Positions 1-12,955 of a stretch of DNA of 64,000 bases are shown here, in pieces. A program made the translations under genes and the position numbers. Below the pieces are notes generated by a model, which was given only the letters and a program-made list of their open reading frames with translations, was not told the DNA's origin and searched no databases. The stretch is taken from positions 579,445,963 to 579,509,962 of the forward strand of contig NC_133619.1 in NCBI RefSeq assembly GCF_048593235.1, read 5' to 3'. Positions within the stretch are counted from its first letter, which is position 1. The number at the start of each line of letters is the position of its first letter. Source of the stretch: Sminthopsis crassicaudata (taxonomy: Eukaryota).

Positions 1-3000
1 CTATTGAAAACATATCATCTGGCCCTGGTGATTAATATTGAAGAGAACATACTAAAGTGGGAACTTAAGTCAGTAGCATCAGAAAGACACTTCTGGCCCC
101 TTGTGGGTATATATGCTAGGACCCTTAAGGGGAAAGGTAGTTGTTCTCCAGGGATTCCTGCACATTTAGTTTGGAAGAGTAAATACCAGAGACATATTAG
201 GTATAAAATAAAGGCAGAAATATTCTCTGAGGTTCCTTCCAGTTTTAATATTCTGTAAGGCTCTGACTCTTAGTATTTAGCAAAAGGAAAAGTTCTAAAG
301 ATTAAATTGAGGTGATTATATATAGGGTCTTCCATGTTCCTGTCCGATCTTCCCTTGGTTAGTGTAAGTTTAAGATAAAAGGCAAGAGTAGTTGGGGGAA
401 GGGGAAAGAGCAGGCAACTTCCCAGTTACTGTTAAAGTCTATGGGCTAACAAATTATTTACAAATTTTTCCTGGCCTCACACAGGTCCCTGGCTTCTGCA
501 ACATTGCACAAAGGGAAAAAGAACTCCAGAAAACAAAAATCCAGTCTGCTTCCTGGGGGCTGATCTGAGCTAGCAGGGTTGCCCCCATTCACTTTCTTCC
601 ATTTGCATCTCCTCTGACCACCAATCTGGCTTTCCCTAGCAATCAATCAATACACATTATTGAGAAATTAGACAGGAATTTAAAAGTAATATAAAACATG
701 TGTGTTGAATGTCAGATGAGATTGTAGACAAGCTGAACTAGGGGACAAAAGCTCTAGATTCTACTCTTAGCTCTACTATGGATTCACTGCTCAATATGAG
801 GAAGAATTGGGAATAGTAAAGTAATCCCAGTTTGATCTACCTCAAGGGACAGAGAATTCTGTTATTAGAGTACACAAATAGGTTTTTTAAAATTGTTTTT
901 GTTGTTTTTCTATTGGAAGTATACTAGCAGTTCTAAAATTCTGTCTATGAACTTGGACAAGTAGCCACCTCCTATCCCCAGACTTTCCCCAGAGTTTCCT
1001 CACCTGCAAATGATTTTTTAAGAGGTTTAGCTCTCTTATTCCTATTATGTTAAGGGGACAGAAGAAGCAGAGACAGATTTAAGTTCAATAATAAGAATTT
1101 TATATCAAACAAGTATATAATAATTACAATAATTTATAACAATTTTATAACAAAAAAAGTAACGACAAATCAGAATTTTTTATCAATCTTTATAACCATC
1201 AGACTCATCTTATAATGTAACAAATTGCTTCAGAAAGAAATAAACTCCCTGTTTTATTGAAGGTATCTAAGCAAATGTTGGGTGACATTTCCCCCCATCA
1301 GGAAGGATGCAGATGCAGATGACATTCTTTGACCTAAGATGTTGAATTAGATGCCACCTGAGGTTGTTTTCTGACTTTGAAGTTCTGTGATTCTATTCAG
1401 AGAATCAGAGAAAGAAATTAAGGATCAGAGTAATAGGAAGTACCAAAGTATGAAGAGATGAATGGATGCCGGTTTTGATGAGTCCACAAAGAGGACTAGA
1501 GCATGAAGCAATAGTCCAAGAAAAGAGACACAAGATCATGGAGGAAAGGATACAACAAATGAAGCTAAAGGGAGGAACTAAAGAAAAACCTCTCTGACAT
1601 CACAACTTCAAAGAATTTCAATTTATATACCATTTGCTATATCTATCCTTATCTAATCTTGTGCTTGATATAAAAATGTTTTAAAATTATCAGATTCTTT
1701 AAAAATGAGCCAATAATTTTACTCTTTACCAGTACCAGTACAATTTATGCTTAAAATCTTTAATCCAATTTTAAACATAACTACTAAAACTTAAAACTCA
1801 AAAACTAAAACTCAAGCTTAAATTTTCATGATAAATAAATTTTGAAGCAATCATATAGATGTGTATATAATTTTTTGATAAAATAATATCATTCTATTGC
1901 TTTCTCAAAATGTCTATTATTATATTTACTTATCTTGTCTAATCATTCCCCTCTTAGGAGCATATTATTCCTATGTTATCATTTGAACACAAATATTGGT
2001 GAAAATTTCAAGGTGTTTTTGTATCCTATTATAGTAACTCAGATGTTCCAGTATCAACCTATTATTTGGAGATTTATTGCTGTATTTACAAAATTTCTTG
2101 ATTATATCAATTTGTTATAGAAGGAAAAAGAGAGATATAGTTATAATAATGTCATATTTTTCAACAGAGAGAAAAATTCCCTTAGCTCTGTTTAATTCCA
2201 GGCAGGAGTCGTATTTAATAGCCAATCATCTAGTCACAGAGTTTTAAAAGCAAGGTGCAGGATTAACCAGGTGGGAATTTCCTTTTTTTAAAAAAGAAAA
2301 ATAGCATGTTGGGGAAATAGAGTCAGGGGGATCCTACCTACACCATGTCCAAAGTCATCCCCAAAAGGGATGTCTACCTTTAGCAGTTCCATACTGTAGC
2401 ACAGGCCATTTTTTTACCACAGCTTGAAGTTTGAGTATTTTTCCTGATATTTCCCTAATAGTTAACACGTCATTAATCCTTTATTTATAAATAAAAACTA
2501 CCACTGGGGTTTCAGACATGAAACATTGTGTTGAAGCCAGATCTTTAAGCTACCTTATATACTTTCATAATAGCCAAAATTTTCAAATGAAAATTTGCTG
2601 TTACAGTAAATATTATTACTTCATTAAATATTTAATGATTTTCAAATATCTGGTAAGCAGATGTAGAGTAGTACTCCAAAGCTTATCAAGAATTTCATGA
2701 GGAAGTGATTTCCTGGAATTACCCCCAAAGTCACAGGAGTTCTCTCCTGAAGTGATTAATTACCAAACTCCTTAATGATTAACCTCAAAAACTCCAGAAT
2801 TTGCTAAAGTGGTTTTTTAGCAGTTCTACAAACTCTGCTTATTTGACATTTTTTTCTAATTTCAGCATGCCAAAAGTGAAATGATAAGAAAAAGTATCTT
2901 ACAAGGTTTATTTTTGGTTTTGTTTTTGTTTTTTTTTATAACCTATTCTCTAGCAGAAAGCCTAAAGTGAAGCTAGTCCTGCTTACTGGGACAATTGCTT

Positions 3001-3099
3001 CAGTTATGAAAGTTCATTAATCTTTTTCAGTGTTCCTCTGGCTATAGCCCTTTTACTACTTTTTTCTCACTGGCTGCATTTTAAGTCTTTCAAGGTAAC

Positions 3100-3705
3100 A
3101 GAATCTAGCTCACAACACAAACATGACGGACATTGTGCCTTTTTCAAAGACAAGGACACAGAAAAAATAACAAGACAAATACAAACAGCAAAGTGTTCAA
3201 ATCATATTTTACCTGGTTGATTTGGGCCATCCAGAGATATGAGGACAGGGGATGGGGTGAAGGGAAGAGAAACCAGACGTATGCACAGACTAGAGATACC
3301 CAAAGAGGCCAAAGTACAGAGGTGCACCTGTAGACCTGGGGGCTTAGGAATGGGGGTGGGGAGGCAGGTAAAAGCTTCCTGGCCTGGGAGGTCAAGTCAA
3401 ACAGAGAAGGCAAGGAAAATAGGTTAGGGATACACTTGGTGTATGCACAAAAAACCAGAGATATCCATAGGCTATCCTTACTTAAACCAGGTCAAGGGAG
3501 CAAAGGACTGGAGTTTTCTTCACAAAGAAAGGAGAACTTAATTAAGGGTGATCCCAGAGGATTTGAGCAGAAAGGGATGGTTCACTAGATGAGGGGAAAT
3601 TGAACTCTGGAGAAATCTCCACTACTGCCTGTCCTAAAACCCACTGATAAGTGAAAGTCCACTTGGCCCTGTTCTATGTCAAATCCCACTTCTGACACCA
3701 ATTAA
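3100..3705 (-). mobile_element. ERV leader/internal remnant starting with a tRNA-Leu primer-binding site
   Basis: Minus strand 3700-3683 reads TGGTGTCAGAAGTGGGAT, complementary to the 3' 18 nt of tRNA-Leu, 5 nt after an LTR-like ...GTTGACA end. The downstream sequence is TG/pyrimidine-rich and leader-like. No gag ORF was recognised and the lower boundary is approximate. Confidence 0.7.
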
Positions 3706-4083
3706 TGTCAACTGACCCGAAAGTGGCTTCTAATCCGAGAATGGCCAGAGCTAAACAGCAGGCTAGAGACAAGAAAGTCGGGAATCAAATTTATTTAATT
3801 TCATTGTAAGGGAAATGCTTGCAAGTGGAAGTTGTCCTGAGAAGGAAGGTTTTAACATGTTAGGGCAAAGGCAGGACTTTAGATACCTAAAAAGCCAGGA
3901 GTGGATTGGACCCTGCATTCTTAGGTCTTGAGTAGTAGTGGCTTAAGCATGGGCAATGTAGGTATTTCTCAGTCCTGAGGAATAGTCTCCAAGTTGATTG
4001 TCCCACAGAGGGGTACAGAATCTCCTTGGTTTAGTTCATTTGGCAGTACAAGAAATTGTGATTGTGAACATCACATCCTCACA
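3706..4083 (-). mobile_element. 5' LTR of the PBS-Leu ERV remnant
   Basis: Minus strand starts TGTGAGG (4083) and ends TTGACA (3706). AATAAA on the minus strand at 3792-3797. Adjacent to the PBS. Confidence 0.6.
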
Positions 4084-4215
4084 TGTGATGGATGGCTCTC
4101 AGATTCCTTGAAAATAGTGGGGGGAAGGTTCCAAAATTAGGATTAAAATTATAAATCCCTCAGTTAGTACCTGACACTGAACAAAGCAATAAACCTTGAC
4201 AGAGAGATCATCCAG

Positions 4216-4435
4216 TGTAAGAAACAAAATATCTTACCAAGAACTCCACTGACTCACTGATGAATGCAGGAAAGATTTATTTTACATTTTTGCAATAATG
4301 GATGCCTAGGTAAGGCACATCTTTAAAAATCCAAAGGCTTTAATTTCCTATCCTGAACCATAAGTCCCTCCCCTGATTCCCCATTAATTAGATGTTACAG
4401 AAATTACAAAACATGAATCTCTACCCCTCATTACA
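4216..4435 (-). mobile_element. short LTR-like element
   Basis: TGTAA...TTACA termini and a minus-strand AATAAA (tttatt ~4277). No TSD found. Confidence 0.35.
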
Positions 4436-5189
4436 TAGTCAGTCCCTGTCCCCAAGGAGCTTCCATTCTTTTGGGAGAAGATAAACTCTACCCTTAACTA
4501 TTCCTTGATATCTTTTGGGTTTCAGTTTTCTAATTTAAGTTTCATTTTTCCAATTTAATTTTCATAATTGTGGAAAACAAATGCTCATTCACTGAGATTG
4601 TTATTCACAACAGATGGTTATACCAAGCTCAGGGCATAGTCTGCACAGGATGTCTCCAAAATATTTTAACAAAACCAATCTTGGCCTTAGGTGAGATTCC
4701 CTCTCTCATTACTTCTCTGATTTCACTTTCCTTATGTGGAGAAATCAATGAATTGAGAAAGCTAAAATTTAAGATCTTTTCCAGTGGTGATATGATATAA
4801 TTCTTGAGTCATTTCCTTTCTCTAGATATGTTTCTTTCACTGTCAAATAAAAGATGAGAAAGAGATGGCAAGGTAAAAGTTTGTATTAAAAAACAAAAAG
4901 CATAAAAATTCATTGTAAGTCAACAATATGGTATGGCCGATGGAGAGTTAATACAATCTTTGAAAAATTAGGATAGGCAGATAATCTACAATGAGGGAGG
5001 TGATAACCCTGCTCTATGACGAGCTGGTATGTTGTGTTCAATTTGGGATTTAACATTTTAGTAAAGATATTGATAAGCTGGATTACTTTCAGAGTTGTTA
5101 TTTGTCCTTTGTTCTCCAAGGAGACCATGACATCAGGGAGTCCAAGTGAATTGGATTTTAGTGAAAAAGGGCTGTACAAGGTCACCTGC

Positions 5190-5420
5190 CTCACTTTCCC
5201 CTCCAGAGTCATGTCTGGTCATTGGACCCATGGATATTCAGAGTAAGGTGAACAGGATAGCCAAAGGCCTGGAGTCCCTGCCAGAGGATAATCAGATAAG
5301 AAACTGGGGATATTTACTTTGGAGAAGAACAAAATGGGATGGAGTGTAACAGATATTTTTAAGTATCTTAAGTGCTGTCCCTTGGAAGAAGGATTGCATT
5401 CTGCTATAAATCAGAAGGCA
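5190..5420 (+). mobile_element. L3/CR1 LINE 3' fragment
   Basis: Resembles the CR1/L3 ORF2 end (ggatattcagagtaaggtgaacaggatagccaaaggcctggag...gaaactggggatatttactttggagaag). Confidence 0.5.
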
Positions 5421-5439
5421 GAACAAGGAACAAGATGTT

Positions 5440-5710
5440 TCAGATGTTAGCAGCAGCTGGAAGGTACAGTGGATAAAGCATAGGGCCTGGAATTTGGAAG
5501 GTACAAGTTCAAATTTGACCTCAGATTCTAACTGTATGACCACTGGCAAATTGTTGAACTTACATTTGTCTCAATTAATTCAAGCATAAAATGGGGGTTA
5601 ATAATGGTACCTTCCTTTCACAGTGGTTGTAAGACTCAAATGAAATATTTGTAAAACACTTAACACAATATCTGGTACATAGCAGGTGCTATGTAAATGC
5701 TAGCTATTAC
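5440..5710 (+). mobile_element. MIR/CORE-SINE
   Basis: MIR-type head (ggtacagtggataaagcatagggcctgg), core, and L2-like tail (acacaatatctggtacatagcaggtgc). Confidence 0.6.
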
Positions 5711-5973
5711 TAGTATTTTCTTTAGAGAAGTAGATTTTAATTCACTGTAAGGAAAAACTTCCTAAGAATTAAGCACTATCCAGAAATGAAATGACCTACC
5801 TCAGGAAATAACTAAATTCTCCCACACTAAAAAATTTTAAATGGAAATCAGAAGATCACTTGTAAGTGATACTGGAGAAGGGATTGACATTCATATAGAG
5901 GTTTGGATAAATAATCTTTGAGTTATTTTCCAACTTTAAGGGATGGGTCCTTGGTCCTGGGTAGGTAGATGGG

Positions 5974-6673
5974 TGTTGACAAGAACGAGCCTGAATTTTA
6001 CTTTACAGAGGCAAGCAGAGAGGAGCAGTGACAAAATTATTAACTCTTACGTGGACCTTTTGTTCATTGTCAAATTTCTCTCATTGACAAATCTCAGTTA
6101 TTATGTACCCAATCAGAAGGCCAAGTTTTGATGTTAATCCACAAGGTTATTTTTTTCCCCTATAAAAGAATCGACTGGTATCATAATCTCCCCGTTAAAC
6201 TCCTTTTTTGGGAATTTAGTCTCCCTTATGGCATTGTTGGCTCATGAGGAATCAATCACCTGCCTTATGGCAGCAACTTCTCTAGGGACTCTGCCTGCCT
6301 TATGGTGTCTTTCTCCCTTTTATATCTGCTTTTAGGGTTAACCTGCTTACTGAGCATCCTAGTGGCTAACTTCTTTAGGAATGTAGCCATGCCTTATAGC
6401 ATCTTCCTCCCTGGTTAACTGTGAGTTCCACCAGGGAATTTACCTCAAGTCTTTCCTCTCAGCATGCCAGTGCATAATAATAAATTCTTTGCTTTTTGAT
6501 TTGGAGAAAGTCTAAGCCTAAAAATTCTCTTGGCATCTCATCACACTGAGCTGAGACCCCGATATATTTTGGGGTCCAAACTCCTCCCCAACATTTGGTG
6601 GACTATACAGGGAGAGTCCTGAAACCCCAATATATGTTTGCAGTTCAGAATCTCTGCACTCTCATACCCTATC
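5974..6673 (+). mobile_element. LTR followed by a decayed tRNA-Ile PBS and a partial second U5
   Basis: TGTTG (5974)...CAACA (6593) inverted termini, TATA-like ctataaaa ~6160, internal ccttatggca repeats and AATAAA ~6479. TGGTGGACTATACAGGGA follows at 6596-6613, then a repeat of the U5 end to 6673. Confidence 0.65.
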
Positions 6674-7059
6674 ATAAGATTCTATGATTCTATGAGATTG
6701 GAAGGGAAACTTTATTTCTGAAACCCAATGGCTATTGTTTCACATTTCTGCATCCCTCACCTCACCAATTATTGGCTATCTTTCCCTTATTCTTTAAACT
6801 GCTTTATGGCTAAAGAACAAGTCCAAAGAAGGATGACCTTCATTTCTTCACTCAGTTCCAGAGTATGAAAGCTGATGACTGTCTCCTCTGTAAATCTGTT
6901 GACATAGAGGTCTCAGTGGAATAGACTCAGAATAAAATGCCTTCTGCGTCCCCGGCTTCATGGATCAGGTTCTTAGGATTCTTTTTTTGCCCCCATGTAC
7001 TCACCTTGGCCTTCAGGTACCTATAACCACACCTTCTCAGGCCCAGCCAGAAATTCCTT

Positions 7060-7357
7060 CCCTCAGAGATCAATTACATCTTCATCATAGCTGCAGATAG
7101 AAAGTTGAAAAGTGACACCTCCCCGTCCAGAAATGGCCACCTCTGACACCCAGCTTAAAGCTGCCAAAATTCTAACAACCATGTCTTTTAATGGCCCATG
7201 GAAGCATGATCTGTTTTTTGCTCAGCCAATCACATTGCCCCTTTTGATTCATTCAACGGACTTATTCATACCTTTTAAAAGTAGAGTCCTTACTTTATAC
7301 TTTATACTTATTAACACACCGGAACCTGATCATCTATGACTAAATACTGTTACTACA
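7060..7357 (+). mobile_element. LTR-like fragment
   Basis: CCAAT (agccaatc ~7224), TATA-like cttttaaaa ~7272 and a tgttactaca end. Boundaries uncertain. Confidence 0.3.
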
Positions 7358-8160
7358 TGAACTAACTTGAGAAAAGGAGATTCATATTCTTTCTCCCTTA
7401 TATAACTTACTTCAGGGTAGGGAGTATGTCACTTTTCATCTTTCTATCAGCAGCTATGATGAAGTTGTAATTGATCCCTAAGGGAAGAAACCATTACTAT
7501 TTGATAGACACCTACCTTCTACCCTCCAATTGTGGGAACATACAGACAATAATCAATAATTGCTACATCACATCAGCAAATTAAAAGTACCTGGCCCTCA
7601 GCAAAAAAGCAATACCCAAGTTCTTCTCTACCAGAGTCAGAGTACATATTCCGCAGGATCATCGCCACTACATTTACATATACATAAGTGTTATATTGGA
7701 GGAGCATCTTTCAAGCTATCTTTCACTCTATCACATCAAGCATGTAATAAACCCAATAGAATCCTGTATTCCTTTCAGTAAATTATGTGATTGTGAAAAT
7801 GTTGTCTACAATAAAATACTATTTGTGAAAGCTGCCTGATCCCTTCTTATAGGTTTATCAAGGATGTGCCTGATAATGTGTAGATAATTTTCATTTATTA
7901 TAAAAAGGAGAAAGGCAACCAAGGTAATAGGTATTGGCATTCTCTCAATTATTCTTCTCACTAATAAGGTTTGTTATTTTTTCTATATATTTGGTAGCCT
8001 ACATGCCACTACTTTTTAATTGAATACAACAATAATAGTAACATATATACAAATGGATCTGTGGTCTCAAAAATGTGGTTCTACCTCTGATAATGGACAT
8101 GACAAACTACCCATTTTGCATATCTTGTGCAATTCTTGACCATGTTTTCCTATGTTGGGA

Positions 8161-8335
8161 NNNNNNNNNNNNNNNNNNNNNNNNNNNNNNNNNNNNNNNN
8201 NNNNNNNNNNNNNNNNNNNNNNNNNNNNNNNNNNNNNNNNNNNNNNNNNNNNNNNNNNNNNNNNNNNNNNNNNNNNNNNNNNNNNNNNNNNNNNNNNNNN
8301 NNNNNNNNNNNNNNNNTTTGCCATTCATTATATGA
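8161..8335. other. assembly gap (175 N)
   Basis: Run of N. Confidence 1.
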
Positions 8336-11300
8336 AATAACTCATGAACCTAAGCAAAGCAGAAATCAAAGGTGATTAAGCAGCTTTCTTTCGGATTCAG
8401 GAACCTTTAAAATCTCAGGGGAGAGGAGGAGCAAGGGCAGGCAGGATCTGAGGAGTAAGGGAAGGAATGTGGGAGGAGTTAGGGAGGGACAAACTCAAGT
8501 AACAAGATGTGTAATGAGAAGGTTGAGATTGTCTTTAATATGCTAATAATAGAGAAACTGACCTCCTTTTGCATGTGATTATGATTGATAATGGGAACAG
8601 GATGGGCTTCTTTTAGCATTTGTAGAATGAGCTGGTTAAAGAGTTCACATTGCTAGGATTTTTCAACACTCCTGACTACATATAATGTTTATGGCAAGAA
8701 GGCTTTCATATACTGTTAATTTCACAAGCATGATCTTGGAAGAATTAAAATATAACATCCTGGTTGTTTACATGAAAATAGAAAAAACACAGTTTAAGTT
8801 AATAAATCTTTCTGTAAAACTAGCAAATCTTTCCCTCATATTGAATTGTTAAAATGTGCATTTTATAAGAAAAATAACATCCTAATGCGAAGGGTTTTCT
8901 GACTTTTTTACATATTAAAGTGAAAACAGGAAAGCTAATATTTGTCCTTAGTGGAAAGTTTTACTCATGCTCAAAACAAGCAAGAGATATATGGGTCAAC
9001 AAAAATGAAAGAAGCCACCTGTGTCATGAAAAAAAAAAAATGAGAATTTATATGAAGATCTAAATTAAATCATTGGAAAAGAAAAAATTGTAATATTTTT
9101 TGTCATTGAAACTCATTAGAAATGTGATTTACAATCTGTCACATTTTTATTTCGTCAATTTTATCTCATACCCATTCATTATGGTAACGTATGTAGCAAT
9201 ATTTGTTTATATTTTCTAGATTCATCATCTGTGTAAGCTAAGTGTTTGGAGATAAATATTCAAAGATAAAATTAAGCTTTAAAAATACATTGTTGCTATA
9301 TTGCTAGTGAAGAACATCTTTCATTTTATCTGTGAATCTTTTTTTTTTTTTTTCACAAATGACACTTCAGTTATCTTCCCTAGCCCATATAACAGCTTTA
9401 AGTGCATGTAAGTGAAACTGACCTGATGAAGGATGCTAAAAGTAATTCTGCATCTTTAGCATAGCTCATTGTTTTTTATATTACAGTAGTATTCCAACAC
9501 AATCCTATCTGAAAGATTGCATATGAATATTTACCCCAATTCTGCTTTTCTCCTATTTTTGACTACATTGATTTTATTTATACAAGAGATTTTTAATTTA
9601 AAATAATCAAAATTATCCATTTTATACTTTAACAACACTTTTGCCTTGTAACATAGTTTAAGGTCTACTACTACTGAACATACATATTATTTTCATGACT
9701 ATTTTTGTAATGTTGTGGTTCAGTCCTGCTTGGCTTAAGCATATGAGGAGATAGGATGTCTCTGCACTATTTATACAGCAAAAGGAATTTTAAAAATAAA
9801 AAAAGATTAGAATATATACTAACCTTGACCTCTTTAGTCACTTTCTGAAGGAACATTTGTTTTATTAATAAGCTGTACTCTTTTTTTCTGGCCACAAGAG
9901 TGCACCAGAGCCTACAAACACTTAGGTTACTCGCTCCAATATAGTGCTGACAAGTATTTGGCTCTGAAGTAGATTGTGTGTTAACCTCCCAAAGGACCAG
10001 TTCAATTTAGTTCAGAAGAAGAAATGGAATATGCTTCAAAGTATTACAACATAGAATCTGTTATCTGAATGTAATGAGGAACTGGCCAATAAGCTCCATC
10101 CTTAAAAGCATCCACAATGTGTTCTGCCAACTTGAGCATGAGCAAACATTCAGTAACTAGTTTTAGTTCATTAGCCACATGGTGAAAAGAAATCTTTTTA
10201 AAAGAGTAATGAAGAATGAGTTGGTTGGTTTTTTGGAGGGAGGGTGGGGACAACTTGTAAAAGGTAGGAATTTTATTTGCTTGACTATGCATGTTTGTTA
10301 GAGGTTTTTTTTCTTTTCTTTTTCCCCTAATGACAAGAAGCTAAGAGAGATCTTTGTAAATTAAAAAAAAATAAAATTTGATAAAATAAAAAGAAGACTT
10401 TTTTTATTGGTTGCAAAGAAAAACATGAAATTAATCAGCAAGAGTTTGGCCCTTGCTTGGTTCTTGGTATCTTCCTTTTCTACTTGCTATTCAGGTGAGA
10501 TATGATGCTGTAAAGTAAGAGCCTTGACTAAGACCAATGTATGGCTCATGAATTTGGGCCTTTGTTCTTTGCTTCTTTCACATTTGTTCTACCTTGTTTT
10601 AGGTGAAGTAGATAGAAAATAGATATAACCTTGTGAGATTCAAAAAAGCCAGAGGAGAAAGCCATCACAAGTCCAGGAGTAGAGTCTGTGTCAGGATTTG
10701 CTAAAAGAAAGACAATGAGGAGCAAAGAACCTAGCAACTTGCCTGGTTCATTTCAGCAGCAGCAGAGGACTCATTTATCCAATGACCATGCTACATGCTA
10801 CATACAATGACATGCTACAATGAATTAAGTGGAAAAAAAGCCATGTAGAAAATGTATTAAGTCTTGGTCTATTCTCCCCTAGGACTAAGGTGGTATAACA
10901 AACAGTTGGGGAAAAAGATTCATTCTCCTGTCTTTAGTATTTGCTATAAATGTCTTTTTGCAAAAGCTAATTGATATTGGTTAAATTAATCTAGGGCACC
11001 AATCACTGATTGTAGAGCAGTGTATTGTAGGCAGAGATTGTAGCAGAGATTGTAGGCAGTAGAGGAATATATTACAATGATTGCTCAAGCTGATAACACT
11101 AAAGAGACTTCTCAAATTGCTGAGGAAAAAATGTAGCCAGTCTTGTCTTAGGTGAATGAAAATAATGAGAAAAATATATCTTGAGCAATTAAAACTGATG
11201 TGATTTATGATGTAGGGTTTGGCATCAAAAATTGAAGTTCGGTCATGTGAAGAATTCACAGTGGCCATTTTCTTTGGCAAAAGGTAGACTTATTTAGAGA

Positions 11301-11349
11301 AGGGGTAACAGACAAAATAAAGGAGTACAATAGACACCAGGAATGATAA

Positions 11350-11551
11350 TTTTTTTTTTATTTTAATAGTTTTTATTTACCAGATAAATGCATGGGTAAT
11401 TTTACAACATTGACAATTGCCAAAACTTTTGTTCTAATTTTTCCCCTTCTTCCCTCCCCCCAGATGGCAGATTGACCAATACATGTTAAATATGTTAAAG
11501 AATACATTAAATACAATATATGTACACATGTCCAAATAGTTGTTTTGCTGA
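11350..11551 (-). mobile_element. L1 3' UTR end with poly(A)
   Basis: T-run at 11350, then the marsupial L1 3' UTR motif (tttatttaccagataaatgcatgggtaattttacaacattgacaattgcc...cagatggcag). Confidence 0.85.
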
Positions 11552-11566
11552 GGAATAATAAATTTT

Positions 11567-11705
11567 CCCCCCCCTGAGGCTAGGGTTAGTGACTTGCCCA
11601 GGGTCACACAGCTAGGAAGTGTTAAGTGTCTGAGACCAGATTTGAACTCCAATCCTCCTGAATTCAAGGCTAGTGCTCTATCCACTGCACCACCTCGCTG
11701 ACCCC
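11567..11705 (-). mobile_element. WSINE1 SINE
   Basis: Full WSINE1 body (gtcacacagctaggaagtgttaagtgtctgagacc...tatccactgcaccacct) with a G8 tail. Confidence 0.9.
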
Positions 11706-11807
11706 AGAATGATAAATATTAAAGAGTGGGAGAGCATATGAAAGACAAGTTACTCAGTAGAAAGGGAGCACCCCAAGAGGTTGGGCATGCCCTTCTGGCA
11801 AGCTAAA

Positions 11808-12410
11808 TCTTTTTTTTTTATAATTTTACAGCTTTTTAATTGTTAAAACTTTTTTATTTTCAAAACATATGCAAAAATATTTTTCAGCATTCACCTTTGC
11901 AAAACCTTGTGTTACAAATTTTTCCCCTCCCTTACTCCCACCTCTGCCCCTAAACAGCAAGAAATCCAATATATGTTAAACATATGCAATTCTTCTATGC
12001 ATATTTCCACAATTATCATGCTGCACAGGAAAAATCAAATCAAAAAGGAAAAAAGTGATAAAGAAAAAAACTGCAAGCAAACAACAAAAAAAAAGTAAAA
12101 AACTATGTTGTGATTCATACACAGTCCTCTCTCTGGGTGCAGATGACTCTCTTCATCACAAGACTAATTGGAACTGGCCTGAATCAGTTTTGATTATCAA
12201 TCAGAATTGATCATCATATAATCTTATCGTTGTGAACAATGTTCTTTTGGTTCTACTTAGCATCTGTTCATGTAAGTCTCTCCAGGCCTTTCTGAAATCA
12301 TCCAACTTATCGTCCTTATACAACAATAATATTCCATAACACTCATGTGCCATAACTTATTCAGCCATTCTCTGATGGCTTTCGCTTAGTTTCTAGTTCC
12401 TTGCCAGGAC
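11808..12410 (-). mobile_element. L1 3' end (older copy)
   Basis: T-rich tail, L1 3' UTR and ORF2 C-terminal remnant (gaaatcatcc...acaataatattccataac). Confidence 0.8.
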
Positions 12411-12679
12411 ATGCCATCTCAAGAAGAAACAGTACAAATAAAGAGCACAAAGGTAGCTGTTAATATTTGTTTGAAGTGGAACATGATAATATAAGCCAGA
12501 AACATTTGAAGAAATGAACACTGTTTTATATGAATTAGTAAGTTTTATCATCTCAACCAAGAAGGACATCTACAGTAGAGTAGATCAAATTGTTGTGGAA
12601 CATTAAAACCCTAGAATGAGTTCAGGGATTTTTGTCAAGTTGGTTTAATTTCCTCTGTGGTGAGAATCTTCTTTTCAGT

Positions 12680-12955
12680 TTTCACTTTTTTGTTGTTTGC
12701 TTGTATTTTGTTTGCTTTCTCATATTTCCCCCTTTTTTAATCTGATTTATATTGTACAGCATGATAATTGTAGAAATATATATATATATATGTAGAAGAA
12801 TTTAACATGTTTAGTATATATTGGATTAGTTGCTGTCTATGGGAGGAGGTAGAGAAAGAAAAAAATTTGAAACACAAGTTTTGCAATGTTGAAAATTATC
12901 TATGCATGTTTTGAGAATAAAAAGCTTAAAAAAAAATCAAAAAAGAAGAAAAAAG
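12680..12955 (+). mobile_element. L1 3' end
   Basis: L1 3' UTR in sense orientation ending gagaataaaaagcttaaaaaaaaa. Confidence 0.75.

Noticed and set aside
458-646. Minus-strand ORF with a hydrophobic stretch, considered as a folate-receptor (FOLR) signal exon because FOLR genes neighbour ANAPC15 in human
   Set aside because: No frame gives the FOLR N-terminal Cys pattern (LLNVCM..KHHK..PGPED), and there is no convincing splice support.
3144-3413. Minus-strand ORF containing MAQINQ before a CAG|GTAAAA donor-like site (FOLR1 starts MAQ)
   Set aside because: It lies in the ERV leader downstream of the Leu PBS and similarity ends after three residues.
8067-8375. Several ORFs of 62-86 aa
   Set aside because: Artefacts of the N gap. 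The same applies to ORFs at 37082-37358.
10590-10790. Purine-rich stretch after a ttttag acceptor that looked like an exon or processed pseudogene
   Set aside because: Stops in all frames, no recognisable protein and no partner exons.
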